Below, piece after piece: positions 1 through 9,281 of a DNA stretch of 64,000 nt. Positions within the stretch are counted from its first letter, which is position 1. Each line of letters begins with the position of its first letter. A model generated the notes under the pieces. It was not told where the DNA came from. It saw nothing but the letters and a program-made list of their open reading frames with translations, and ran no database searches. Made by a program: the position numbers and the translations under genes. Source of the stretch: Polyangiaceae bacterium (GTDB lineage Bacteria; Myxococcota_A; Polyangia; Polyangiales; Polyangiaceae); contig JBILLK010000020.1 of the NCBI GenBank assembly GCA_044376115.1, positions 1 through 64,000 on the forward strand. Reading direction: 5' to 3'.

Positions 1-8
1 GGAAGCTA

Positions 9-83
9 CACCGTAGTGGTTAGCAACTTGGCTCATTGCGTGTTTGCGATAGCGTTCTCCACGGCTTCGAGTCCAACGTCGAG
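9..83. repeat. 75-bp direct repeat, copy 1 (probably spans the stop codon of a gene upstream of the window)
   Basis: CACCGTAGTGG(TT/CA)AGCAACTTGGCTCATTGCG...CCAACGTCGAG matches 6791-6865 at 73/75 nt. Confidence 0.95.
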
Positions 84-143
84 GTTCGCTATCACGGTAG
101 CTTCACTCTCATTCGGCTGTTCGGTGAATTTGGAGCCACGGTC

Positions 144-1940
144 ATGAGTTGGACCAACGTAATCGACCGCTTCTACTTCCTCGCCTCCCTCCTAGTCGCT
201 GGATGCGCTCTAGCAGAGCCGACGCTTACCCCTAGCGCGCCGCCTTTTGTACCCGCCGAATCGTCATGCAGCTCGATAGGTTCCGCGACGACAGCCGCAC
301 AGCCGGAGACCACTTCCACCGTACCGGAGCCTTGCCCTACTGCATTGAGGCTCTCGTGGCAAAATGCCGACGAGCTTGTCGTCCGCTGTGAGCAAACCAC
401 CTTGGTCTATGCTCCGCCCTGGACCAGCCCAGTACAGCCACTTGCGGCAGCGGCAGAGACCGCCCCTGCCCCGTCAGCTCGAAAGCTAAGTGGTTCGCTT
501 GACCTTCGGCGTCGTGCATCCGGGTTCGGGCTCTTCCTTGGGCGTACTGGCTCCGAGGAGCGCGAGGTGTTCAGTTTCGTCAATGGCGATGCAAAGGATG
601 AATGGTCCGTATCCCCTAATGCCCAGTGGTTGGCCGCTCAATGTTCGTTTGATTCGGTTTGCGTTTGGCACGTGCTAACGGGCACTCGCTTTGCGGTGCC
701 CGGTGCATTCATGCCGCACACCTCACGTGTGTTGTCACTGGCGCGAAGCGCAAACGCTGATCTGCTTGTAACTAGCTCGGTCGATGGGATGGCTAGGGCA
801 TGGGACCTTCGAACGGGCACGCTCCTATCGCGGGGTGCATTGGGCGCCCTAAGCACAGAGTACCGTTTGCATCTGCCCCCTCCCCGTCGCGATTCCTCCC
901 CGTTTCCAATCGGACCGGAAAGGACACCGCTGATAAGTGTGAGGCAGGACGGCAAGCAGGCGGTGGTTGAGTCTGGGATTCATCGCTGGAGCTTCCTGTT
1001 TCGTCAATCCACTGCAGGCCCCGAGTGGATACACGACGTTCGTACACAGCGCCGATTCAGCCCAACTGGCGAATATGTTCTGCGCGACGGCGTACTGGGC
1101 TTTAGAGCATTTTCCCCCGAGGGCCAGCCGAGGGCATGGCTCCGTGTTGCGGAGCATGTCGAGAGATTTGAGCTGTCCGGTGACGGGAGCCGAGCGGCAC
1201 TGCAACGCGAAGGGGCGGAAGTAGAATTGCGGCGCAGTTCCCCCCCGTTCACCGTGCTCGCCGACAACCTCGAGATAGGGGTCCTCGACGGCGTCGATCA
1301 CGAGGGCGGCCTCGTGTGGGGCGACCGTGCAATCGCCAACATCGAGCCCGGCATGCTCTCTCGACTACCAGCGCCGGTAGCCCCTCGCTTCGGTCTTCGC
1401 GGTAGGCGGCCCACTCGACAGCTCGTCGCATTCAAGGACGGAGCAGGACTCTTCTATCCGAACGAACAGCCGGACCCTGGCGCAGCACCGAGCCAGGCGC
1501 TCCAGGTGTGGCTGCTTGGCGGTCAAGAGAGCGTAAGCGGCGCGGCCGCTCTACTGGGCTCGTTGGAGCGCACGCGCTGCGAGGTATCGTCCGCAACCAA
1601 CGGCATGTGGGGTGTCGGCTCAAACCGCGGGGCGCCCGACCATAGGCTACTATTTACCAGCGCCCCAAACTGGTTCGCCGAAGTGCGTCTGAACGGGACG
1701 ATCGACTTTCGACGCCGCTCAGGGTCACCCATCATACTAAGCATGCGCGCCGTCAGTGAACGGGACGCGGCCTACGCATACGCGCCCGATGGGCGGTACG
1801 ACTTCCTGGGCTCTGAGCCGGAGGCCGCGGCGCACGTATTCCGTTGTGTCCAAGCCGGACGCGAGCTGGCGTTGGAGGACTGTAACGCTCGGCGGGAGGT
1901 GGGCCTTGTCGCGAACGTGCTCAACGGCAACCATCGTTAG
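144..1940 (+). CDS. WD40/beta-propeller lipoprotein (array family A, copy 1)
   Basis: ATG 144 after GGAG; lipobox-like VAGC; WD-like repeats (LLVTSSVDGMARAWDLRTG); C-terminal PDGRYDFLG...C...C...RREVGLV shared with 3563-5623. Confidence 0.8.
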   Translation: MSWTNVIDRFYFLASLLVAGCALAEPTLTPSAPPFVPAESSCSSIGSATTAAQPETTSTVPEPCPTALRLSWQNADELVVRCEQTTLVYAPPWTSPVQPLAAAAETAPAPSARKLSGSLDLRRRASGFGLFLGRTGSEEREVFSFVNGDAKDEWSVSPNAQWLAAQCSFDSVCVWHVLTGTRFAVPGAFMPHTSRVLSLARSANADLLVTSSVDGMARAWDLRTGTLLSRGALGALSTEYRLHLPPPRRDSSPFPIGPERTPLISVRQDGKQAVVESGIHRWSFLFRQSTAGPEWIHDVRTQRRFSPTGEYVLRDGVLGFRAFSPEGQPRAWLRVAEHVERFELSGDGSRAALQREGAEVELRRSSPPFTVLADNLEIGVLDGVDHEGGLVWGDRAIANIEPGMLSRLPAPVAPRFGLRGRRPTRQLVAFKDGAGLFYPNEQPDPGAAPSQALQVWLLGGQESVSGAAALLGSLERTRCEVSSATNGMWGVGSNRGAPDHRLLFTSAPNWFAEVRLNGTIDFRRRSGSPIILSMRAVSERDAAYAYAPDGRYDFLGSEPEAAAHVFRCVQAGRELALEDCNARREVGLVANVLNGNHR

Positions 1941-2004
1941 AGGATCGCCCAACGACGCAAGCTTGCAACCGCGGCGCCGAGGTGTCGCCCTATCGACGAT
2001 TGGC

Positions 2005-2655
2005 ATGAATAGGCATGGGGGAAGGAAATTGGAGCTTGCGCGCATCCGCCTACTGGCTCTCTCGGCAATGTCGCTCACGGCCTGCCAGGCTCATAATGGA
2101 GCAGCCGTGGCGCTTCAGTCCGAGGTTCGCAAGAGCCCGCTTCAAGTGGCGGTCGAGGCGTCGAGCCACTGGGCGGAGCTGCGTGCCGCCGCACACGCGT
2201 GCCCACGAATCGCTCCACTCGTCGAATGGATTCGCGACGGCCTGTACGAACGAGCCTGGTATGAGCATCGTTGGCCAGAGGATCAGCCCACCCCAGCCTG
2301 CGCCGTTGCCTACGACAAGGCTTGGAACATCCTTTGGCCCGTATCTAGGTTTCTGCGAGAAGACGTATACATCTTCAGGATCTATCCGTGGCTCCAAGAC
2401 CCGATTGTCGAGATGGCTCCGAGGCGCGTGTTTGAACCCTGGCTCAAGCAGTTAAGGACCGTCTGCACCGAGGAATTGGAGGCCTTGGAGGAATTTGCGG
2501 ACCTGGAGGAACGGCTAGGACGGCGTAGCTGTGACACCATGGTTTCAAGCTTCGAACAAGTCGCCAAAGGCACGGCGTACTCGGGCGCGGCAACAAGACT
2601 CCACGAGGAGCTGGCCGCATGCCACTCAGGCCGCGATCAGGAGAAGTGCAAGTGA
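2005..2655 (+). CDS. hypothetical lipoprotein (array family B, copy 1)
   Basis: signal peptide with LTAC lipobox; N-terminal CPRIAPLVEWIRDGLY...W...C block aligns with the next ORF. Confidence 0.7.
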   Translation: MNRHGGRKLELARIRLLALSAMSLTACQAHNGAAVALQSEVRKSPLQVAVEASSHWAELRAAAHACPRIAPLVEWIRDGLYERAWYEHRWPEDQPTPACAVAYDKAWNILWPVSRFLREDVYIFRIYPWLQDPIVEMAPRRVFEPWLKQLRTVCTEELEALEEFADLEERLGRRSCDTMVSSFEQVAKGTAYSGAATRLHEELAACHSGRDQEKCK

Positions 2656-3566
2656 CTACGCAGCGCTCGAGCCGTCGACGACCACCGGCCATCCCGCGGG
2701 TGGTCCACCTATTCGCTACCCTTTGTCTCCTTGGTTGCCACACGCATATGCCGCCAGCACCGGCTCCCATCGCTCAGCGAACCATGCTTCAACAAGCCAT
2801 CGACGGCTCGGAGGAGCTGGCCGAACTGGTTCTGCTTTCGGCCAAGTGTGCGCAGATGAAGCCCGTAATGTATTGGGTGCACAAGGGACAGTACCTTCAC
2901 GCGCACAACGAGACGACCTGGATCGACCGCGAGGCCTCTCGCACTTGCGACGAGGCGGTAGAGCGTGCCCTTGCATTGTTGAAGCCAGCTGCAGACCTCG
3001 AGCAGGTGCTCGCGGGCTCAGACGGGTCCACGAAGGTGGATAAGCTCAGGGCCACGACACACCCACGCCTTCGCGAGGTTGCGCTTCGCTCCATCCCGCG
3101 TCTGGCGCTGGATGACATGCTGGAGGCTGTGAACAACGAGTGCTCCACGCTGGGAGGCGTGACTCGGGCATGCCTCGATCGGGTCGCCGATTTTGAAGCA
3201 ACCGCACAGTTCTCAACGCTCGCGGGTCGCGGTAGGCACGTGCTTCGTCGCGAGCGAGCCAATGACCAGGCCGTGCTCCAGCTGGTTCCCGAGATGACGC
3301 GGATCCTGCAGGCGCACGCAAAGCTATGCACGTACAAGGACTGCAAGGTTAACTACTACTATGATGCCTTCGGGCGCCCTCAACCGGATGACGACTGTCT
3401 GTTTGGCGAGGTCCATTACCGAGAGCCCGGTGCAACCCGATTCGACGAGGAGTGGACAGCTCTTGTGGCAACAGCACCTCTCGAGCGGCAGCCTGCTCTT
3501 CTCGAACGCTGGTCCTCGGCGATGAATGAATGCTCCACCGCGACGCCGGTCCCGGAGGGAAGATGA
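2652..3566 (+). CDS. hypothetical lipoprotein (array family B, copy 2)
   Basis: GTGA overlap with previous stop; LLGC lipobox; CAQMKPVMYWVHKGQY...W...C block. Confidence 0.7.
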   Translation: MTTQRSSRRRPPAIPRVVHLFATLCLLGCHTHMPPAPAPIAQRTMLQQAIDGSEELAELVLLSAKCAQMKPVMYWVHKGQYLHAHNETTWIDREASRTCDEAVERALALLKPAADLEQVLAGSDGSTKVDKLRATTHPRLREVALRSIPRLALDDMLEAVNNECSTLGGVTRACLDRVADFEATAQFSTLAGRGRHVLRRERANDQAVLQLVPEMTRILQAHAKLCTYKDCKVNYYYDAFGRPQPDDDCLFGEVHYREPGATRFDEEWTALVATAPLERQPALLERWSSAMNECSTATPVPEGR

Positions 3567-5623
3567 GGTTCTCAGTGCGCGGCCTTGACACCTTCGAGCC
3601 CGCCCGTCGAGGCTTCACGCTCTGCAGCCTGCTGCTGGCTGCTTGCAGTGCAGGTGGAGCGTCGACCCTTCAGGGCAGGCTCACGAAGTTGTCGCCGCCA
3701 TCAGAGCCGCGGCTAATCGATAACCCGCTGAAGGTCGAGCCCAAGTCGGGGTGCGCGGAAGTCGACTTCTATTGGCAAGACGGAGACGCACTTATTGTTA
3801 ATTGCGATGGCGACACGAAGGCGTTTCTCCCGCCGTTTGACGAGGTTGCAAGTGTGCAAGTGGAGCCCAAACCGGTAGTGGAATCGGTCAAGCCAGCGAA
3901 CGAGTCCTACTCAATCGAGGTGGATGAGCACACCGTGGCGATCTGCGGAGAAGGCAGGTTAAGTCTCAATCAGACCAATACCCAGTCAAAGGTTACGCTT
4001 GGCCCCGTGCCGTATTGCGGTCCGATGGCGGTCCGCCCCAACCGAGAGCTGTGGTTGTGGCCTCAGGGTGTTAAGGACCCTAGTTGGGCGGTGTGGGAAA
4101 CTCGACCGTTCATGCGCTGGGACCTGAAGACGCGCAAGCTGCTACCAACGCCGAGTTTCTGGCTGGACCCCTTTATTCTGTATTTCCCTCGTATCGAGTC
4201 GTTTTGGGTCAACGACGACCGGGTCGTCCGAAACCTGGGCAACCGGGTGGTGGCAACGGACTTTCATGGGTCTGAGCCGAAACTGGGTTGGTCTTTCTCA
4301 GGCGCAGACAGCGATCAGCGCAGTCTGATGTCCAAGTCGCGCGACTGGATAGCGACAACATGCGCGCGAAGCTCGGTCTGTGTATTGAACACGGCAACGG
4401 GTGAGAATCATCAGGTAGCTCACCCCGCCTTCACTTATCTTCCCCGTACCGTCTCGCTTATTCGCAGCAGCTCCGGGCGGTTGCTAGCAAGCGGGGCGGC
4501 GGATGAGAGCCTGCGCGTCTTTGAGCTTCGGAGCGGAGCGCTACATACGATTGTAGATAGCATTGTAATTCAAAAGCACCTTTTGCCGGCCCACGTCTCT
4601 CCCCGAACCCTAACCATGCATGACAAGAGCCTACGTTGGAGTCTGGCGACGGGCGGCCTTTTGCGGCTGCACGATGACGGCGGGACGGCGACTCTCACGG
4701 CTCACAAGCAGACTTGGGAGCTTTCCTTCGCGACAGGCCGTTGGGGCACGAAGAAGAGCGAAGTCGCCCTGCCGGGACCTCACGGATTCACGCTGCAGGC
4801 AGGTAGACTCGAGCGTCAGGCCGAGTCGAACACGCAAGAGGTCCCCGTCGACGGCCGAGTCGATAGCTTCGTAGTATCGGAGGACGGAACGCGTATCGCT
4901 CTAAAGAACGGGTCAACTGGGATGGTCGAGTTATGGACAACGGTACCGCCGTTCAAACAACTTCAGGAGCCCGTCGACCTAAAGGGGTTTCTTCAGGGCA
5001 TCAACCGAGATGGCACCATTTTTTGGACCGATGAGTTCTTGGCGCGGGCGGGGCATGTTGGGTTGACCTCGACCAAATCTCTCCAACCTTCGGACTTGTA
5101 TGTCACGAGGGACAACAAGCTCTGGGCCCGACCGTCGGGTGCAGTGCTGAGTCCCGGTAAAGAGCATGTGCAAGCTCCCGTCGACATCTACAGCTTCCTG
5201 CCTGACGGCTCGCTCGAGAAGGCTGGCAGCACCCTCGACCCGTTTTCACCGGAGCGGATGACACGCGCCGAGTTTGGACATTGGGCAGAGGGAACCGCCG
5301 TACAGACTCTGGATACTCGCTTCCTCTTCACGTGGGCACCTAAGTGGTTTGCCCAAGTACTTCCGAACGGGACGATCGAGATTGGCGCTGCCCCAGGGAA
5401 GCCTGCCATGGTCAGCCTGCGCACGGTCGATCATCGGGACGCTGGATATGTATTTACAACTGACGGCCGCTACGATCTTCTCGGCAGCGAGGCCGAACAA
5501 GCTGCACGCTTCCTCGTGTGCACCGACCATGGCGAACGAGTTGCGTTTGAACAGTGCAAAAGCCGACGCGAGCCAGGTCTCTTGGCCCACGTGATAGCGC
5601 AATTGGAGCAAGCGCCCAATTGA
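3563..5623 (+). CDS. WD40/beta-propeller lipoprotein (array family A, copy 2)
   Basis: ATGA overlap, GGAGG RBS; LAAC lipobox; LLASGAADESLRVFEL WD-like repeat; paralog of 144-1940. Confidence 0.8.
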   Translation: MRFSVRGLDTFEPARRGFTLCSLLLAACSAGGASTLQGRLTKLSPPSEPRLIDNPLKVEPKSGCAEVDFYWQDGDALIVNCDGDTKAFLPPFDEVASVQVEPKPVVESVKPANESYSIEVDEHTVAICGEGRLSLNQTNTQSKVTLGPVPYCGPMAVRPNRELWLWPQGVKDPSWAVWETRPFMRWDLKTRKLLPTPSFWLDPFILYFPRIESFWVNDDRVVRNLGNRVVATDFHGSEPKLGWSFSGADSDQRSLMSKSRDWIATTCARSSVCVLNTATGENHQVAHPAFTYLPRTVSLIRSSSGRLLASGAADESLRVFELRSGALHTIVDSIVIQKHLLPAHVSPRTLTMHDKSLRWSLATGGLLRLHDDGGTATLTAHKQTWELSFATGRWGTKKSEVALPGPHGFTLQAGRLERQAESNTQEVPVDGRVDSFVVSEDGTRIALKNGSTGMVELWTTVPPFKQLQEPVDLKGFLQGINRDGTIFWTDEFLARAGHVGLTSTKSLQPSDLYVTRDNKLWARPSGAVLSPGKEHVQAPVDIYSFLPDGSLEKAGSTLDPFSPERMTRAEFGHWAEGTAVQTLDTRFLFTWAPKWFAQVLPNGTIEIGAAPGKPAMVSLRTVDHRDAGYVFTTDGRYDLLGSEAEQAARFLVCTDHGERVAFEQCKSRREPGLLAHVIAQLEQAPN

Positions 5624-5757
5624 GCTCCGCGTCCCGCTTCAATCGGCGCTTGCCCTACCCGCTTCATCGCCGGGTCTGGCTGCTACTTCTGCTGGCGTCT
5701 GAAAGCGCTGATGCCGCGAGCGCAGGACTTCACTTAGATAGACACGATGGTGCACAC

Positions 5758-6798
5758 TTGAGCGGCCCGCTATTGTTGCTGCGCGTGCGGTTCTTTATCG
5801 CGCTAACCGCACTCTTGTTCGGCTGCAGGACAAGCGTGCAAACGGCTCGCGAGCCACGAGCAATACCGCCAATCCTCGGATGCGGAATGGCCTTGCCACA
5901 ACGCTGCCTTCCTCAGGGCGGGACAATAAGTAGCAGGTCCTATTCAACACTGCCCAGTCAAGAGCCGTGCCCCTCTTGTACAGCCGACGAGGAAGGCGGC
6001 TACGTCCAGTCGTTGCAAGCAAAGGAGGCGCTCAAACCGACTCTTACTATCGAGCCTCAGACGATTCAGCTACTCAGTCGCGCGGCGAAAGGAGAATTTG
6101 GTGACTCGCTGCGAAGTCGGCAGTTACTCGAGGGCGCATTGATGCAGGCACTCTACGGCAGCGGTGAGCTGGATGCGGCAGACGACCTCGCGTTTCTTAT
6201 CCTCACGCAAAATGACCATTTTAGGCAGCGTGACGCTTCGTGGGCCGTTGAGCACTATCTCCCGCGCTGTCCTACGCTGCGAACGCTGACGGTACTGATG
6301 CCCACGTACGAACCCTTCTGTCCGGAATGTTCCTCGCGTGACAGGTCAGTCCTGGCTCTCAAGGCTACGCTTAAGGCCCGCGGACTCGTCGAGTTAGGTG
6401 AATACGAAGAGGCGCGCTCCTTGCTGAAGGAGTTCGGCCCGCAGGTTACGGATCCACCAGCGTTCATCGCGCAATGTGTAGAGTGGCTGGAGGGTCGCCC
6501 CAATCAGCGCACGGCAGTACCTGTTGGAAGACCGTGCAACTGTGATATCGAGCCGCCCCAATGGCGAGAAGGTTGCGGATGCGAGCCGCGTCAGCCATTC
6601 GTTGCGCCGGAAGCTTCAGAGCCGGAGCCCGCGCCGGAAGCTTCAGAGCCGGAGCCCGAGCCATTGCCGCCGCCTGGCGAGTGCCTCTGCGACCCGTCAG
6701 GGTTACGCTGTGAACGAAGAGTTGCCCGAGTCGATCTGGATGATGCCAAAGCCTTTATCTGGACGAGCGAACGATGCGTGCGGAAGGCTGCACCGTAG
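5758..6798 (+). CDS. Cys-rich helical-repeat-like lipoprotein (array family C, copy 1); start uncertain
   Basis: LFGC lipobox; KARGLVELGEYEEARSLL; VPVGRPCNCDIEPPQWREGCGC motif. Confidence 0.7.
   Translation: MSGPLLLLRVRFFIALTALLFGCRTSVQTAREPRAIPPILGCGMALPQRCLPQGGTISSRSYSTLPSQEPCPSCTADEEGGYVQSLQAKEALKPTLTIEPQTIQLLSRAAKGEFGDSLRSRQLLEGALMQALYGSGELDAADDLAFLILTQNDHFRQRDASWAVEHYLPRCPTLRTLTVLMPTYEPFCPECSSRDRSVLALKATLKARGLVELGEYEEARSLLKEFGPQVTDPPAFIAQCVEWLEGRPNQRTAVPVGRPCNCDIEPPQWREGCGCEPRQPFVAPEASEPEPAPEASEPEPEPLPPPGECLCDPSGLRCERRVARVDLDDAKAFIWTSERCVRKAAP
6604..6657. repeat. perfect 27-bp tandem duplication (APEASEPEP x2) in a linker
   Basis: GCGCCGGAAGCTTCAGAGCCGGAGCCC twice. Confidence 0.9.
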
Positions 6799-6865
6799 TG
6801 GCAAGCAACTTGGCTCATTGCGTGTTTGCGATAGCGTTCTCCACGGCTTCGAGTCCAACGTCGAG
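6791..6865. repeat. 75-bp direct repeat, copy 2
   Basis: 73/75 identical to 9-83; includes the TAG stop of 5758-6798. Confidence 0.95.
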
Positions 6866-6878
6866 CCCGCGAGCACCA

Positions 6879-7730
6879 GTGAGCGCGCTTAAGTGTGTTC
6901 TCCTGCTCGTTACGCAATGGCTGGTTCTGACCGCTTGCGGCGGAGCGACTCCACCGTTGGCTTCGGACCCACTCCCATTAAAGCCCGTGACGCTACTGTG
7001 CGGCCAGCCGCTTCCAGCGGACTGCGAGTATCGCCGTTCATCTTACGCCGAACTGCCAAGCCGAACTCCCGCACCCGAGCGCATCTACGAGGGCGCCTCG
7101 GGTGAGCACGGTCGGTCACTGCAAGCCATCATGAGTCATGATGTGGTTCACCTCCCCGAGGTCACGTTCGCGTTAGAACGCATAGCGAAGGGATACTACG
7201 GGGATGAGCTGCGAGAGAGGCAGGCTTCGGAGCTTATGCTTGCCAAGCTGCTCTTGGACTTCGGGGACGATGGGGGCGCTGCCGATCTCATGGGCCTGTT
7301 GGTCAAAGACATGGTCAAAGAGGATGCCGTATTCAGCGCCATGGATCTTTTGCCGCACCTTCATAGGCTCACTTCACGTTGTCCGAGCGCGAAGACAATC
7401 AACACACTTACTCGAATCCCAGAGGTGTGTGACCCGCCGTGGTTTGACATCACACCGCACGGTCATTCCATTCTCGCCAGCCTCTGTCGCTACAAAGCCC
7501 GCGGACTGGTAGAGGTCGGCGAATACGACGAAGCTCGGGCGCTGTTCAAGAAATTCGGTCTGAATGATGCTGACCAGCCGGACTTCGTTCCGCAATGCAC
7601 CAAGTGGCTTGAACGTCGAGCCGAGGAGCTCACGCCTGTGCCCGTGGGGCGGCCGTGCAACTGTGATATCGAACCGCCCAAGTGGAGAGAGGGTTGCGGC
7701 TGCCGAGGGCCCACCGACCTCGACCCCTGA
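6879..7730 (+). CDS. Cys-rich lipoprotein (array family C, copy 2)
   Basis: GTG start; LTAC lipobox; KARGLVEVGEYDEARAL and VPVGRPCNCDIEPPKWREGCGC shared with 5758-6798. Confidence 0.75.
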   Translation: MSALKCVLLLVTQWLVLTACGGATPPLASDPLPLKPVTLLCGQPLPADCEYRRSSYAELPSRTPAPERIYEGASGEHGRSLQAIMSHDVVHLPEVTFALERIAKGYYGDELRERQASELMLAKLLLDFGDDGGAADLMGLLVKDMVKEDAVFSAMDLLPHLHRLTSRCPSAKTINTLTRIPEVCDPPWFDITPHGHSILASLCRYKARGLVEVGEYDEARALFKKFGLNDADQPDFVPQCTKWLERRAEELTPVPVGRPCNCDIEPPKWREGCGCRGPTDLDP

Positions 7731-7740
7731 GCCCGGCGCT

Positions 7741-8676
7741 CTAACGCAACCCCAGCTGACCGCCGACGGGCACGACGTGGACTCGCTCTGGCCCTACGCC
7801 GGCGCGGGCCATGGCGGTCTCGAGCACCGTAACAGCGTATCCCGGCGGGTCGATGCCGTGGGCGAAGGTGTCGTAGTGGACGGGCATCATGTGCTTAGCG
7901 CCTAAGTCGATGAACGCCTGGAGCGCCTCTTCGCCGTCCACGTGCGTTGCGCGCGCGAAGGAGTCGGGCTCCACCGGCCCAATCGGAAGAATCGCCAGGT
8001 CGATGGACGGGAAGCGCTTGGCGGTGGCTTGAAACGCCCGTTGGTCGTAAGCGGTATCCCCACCGAAGTAGACGGTGAGGCCGTGATATTCGATGACCCA
8101 GGCCGTCGCGCTGCGGCGCATCCAGGCCGCATCGGCGCCATAACGAAACCCAGGGTGTTTGACGGGTACGGCGGTGACCCGCAATTCGCCGTCAGCGAAG
8201 GTCTCAAAGCGTTTGACCTCCTCGGTCGGAAAACGATAGTTCGGCACATAAACTAGGCCGGACTCTGGGACGAGCAAGCGCCTCACGCGCGACTCGAGCA
8301 GATCCAGCGAGCCGAGCGAAAGGTGGTCTACATGCATATGGGAGACCAACGCCAGGTCAATCGCCGGAAGGTTGGCAGCGGCGATCCCCGGCTCCACCAG
8401 CCGCCTGGAGAAGCCTGCGCCCACCGTCTCGGTAAAGACAGGGTCCGTCAATACCCACTTATCGTCGAGCTGCAGCAGCACCGTCGCGTGTCCCACCCAA
8501 AGCGCCGCCAAGCGCACATCTCTACGCGCTGGGTCGCTGATGCGATTGGGTACCGCGCGCGGCTGCGTCGCCAGCGCACCCACGTTGCGCTCTAGGATCT
8601 GCGACCAGACGCAGCCCGCTCCCAGCAGCGAACAAGCGCCCAAGAGCGCCAGCCTGGCCAAGCGACCCGACTTCAA
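7741..8676 (-). CDS. MBL-fold metallo-hydrolase (NAPE-PLD/UlaG-like), exported
   Basis: WVGHAT, LTDPVF, SHMHVDH, YFGGDT, PVHYDTF. Confidence 0.9.
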   Translation of the reverse strand: MKSGRLARLALLGACSLLGAGCVWSQILERNVGALATQPRAVPNRISDPARRDVRLAALWVGHATVLLQLDDKWVLTDPVFTETVGAGFSRRLVEPGIAAANLPAIDLALVSHMHVDHLSLGSLDLLESRVRRLLVPESGLVYVPNYRFPTEEVKRFETFADGELRVTAVPVKHPGFRYGADAAWMRRSATAWVIEYHGLTVYFGGDTAYDQRAFQATAKRFPSIDLAILPIGPVEPDSFARATHVDGEEALQAFIDLGAKHMMPVHYDTFAHGIDPPGYAVTVLETAMARAGVGPERVHVVPVGGQLGLR

Positions 8677-9278
8677 AAGTAGCGCAGCCTCAACGTCGCC
8701 ATGGTCGCAGCGCGCGCCGAATGCGCCGGTGCGTGAGAGAGCTGTAGCCCCAGGATCCCGAACAAGCCGTAGATCCCCACCTCCCCTGCTACAGCACCAA
8801 TCCCGGCTACGTCTTGGAAGGAGACCCCGAAGGAACTACTAAGCATTTCACCGTGCTCCAGCAGCGGGAAGTAAGCGCGAATACCGGGCCGCAAAAGGAC
8901 GCTCGTATGCTCGAGGAAGAGCACCTCGGGTGAGGCGTAAATCTCTATCGAACCGCCGTAGCGAAGGTTGGGCTCAACGACGAACGTGCGCAGCCCCAAG
9001 ACCTTTGAATTGGCAGACCACGAGTAGAGCAGCGGCGTTAGCTGCCAGGCCAATCCAAAGTAGACGCTCTCTTGATCGAGGACGAGCGCCGGACTGGGAA
9101 TGGCCTGCGTCGCCAGCCAGAACGCAGTCGGGAAAGGGAAGTTGGTCGGAGGCTCAAACGGCGCTGGCTCAAACGGCGCTGGCTCAGACGGCGCTGGCTC
9201 ACTCGGCTCCGCCAGCGCAATCACCGGTAGCAAGCAGCTAACGCAAACCAGCCCCTTCGCTCGTGCCAGCCAAGCCAT
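8673..9278 (-). CDS. hypothetical exported protein, possible small outer-membrane beta-barrel
   Basis: signal peptide, EPAP(S/F) repeats, amphipathic strands, ends LRLRYF. Confidence 0.6.
   Translation of the reverse strand: MAWLARAKGLVCVSCLLPVIALAEPSEPAPSEPAPFEPAPFEPPTNFPFPTAFWLATQAIPSPALVLDQESVYFGLAWQLTPLLYSWSANSKVLGLRTFVVEPNLRYGGSIEIYASPEVLFLEHTSVLLRPGIRAYFPLLEHGEMLSSSFGVSFQDVAGIGAVAGEVGIYGLFGILGLQLSHAPAHSARAATMATLRLRYF
9151..9200. repeat. 15-bp tandem repeat (about 3.3 copies) encoding EPAP(F/S)
   Basis: GGCTCA(A/G)ACGGCGCT units. Confidence 0.85.
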
Positions 9279-9281
9279 CGG

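Noticed and set aside
36..143. N-terminal extensions of ORFs 36 and 6774 that run through the 75-bp repeat
   Set aside because: The two copies are read in different frames, and downstream starts (144, 6879) give proper signal peptides.
1..7730. Integron cassette array with attC sites
   Set aside because: The 75-bp repeat lacks proper RYYYAAC/GTTRRRY geometry, several genes overlap with no room for attC, and no intI is present.
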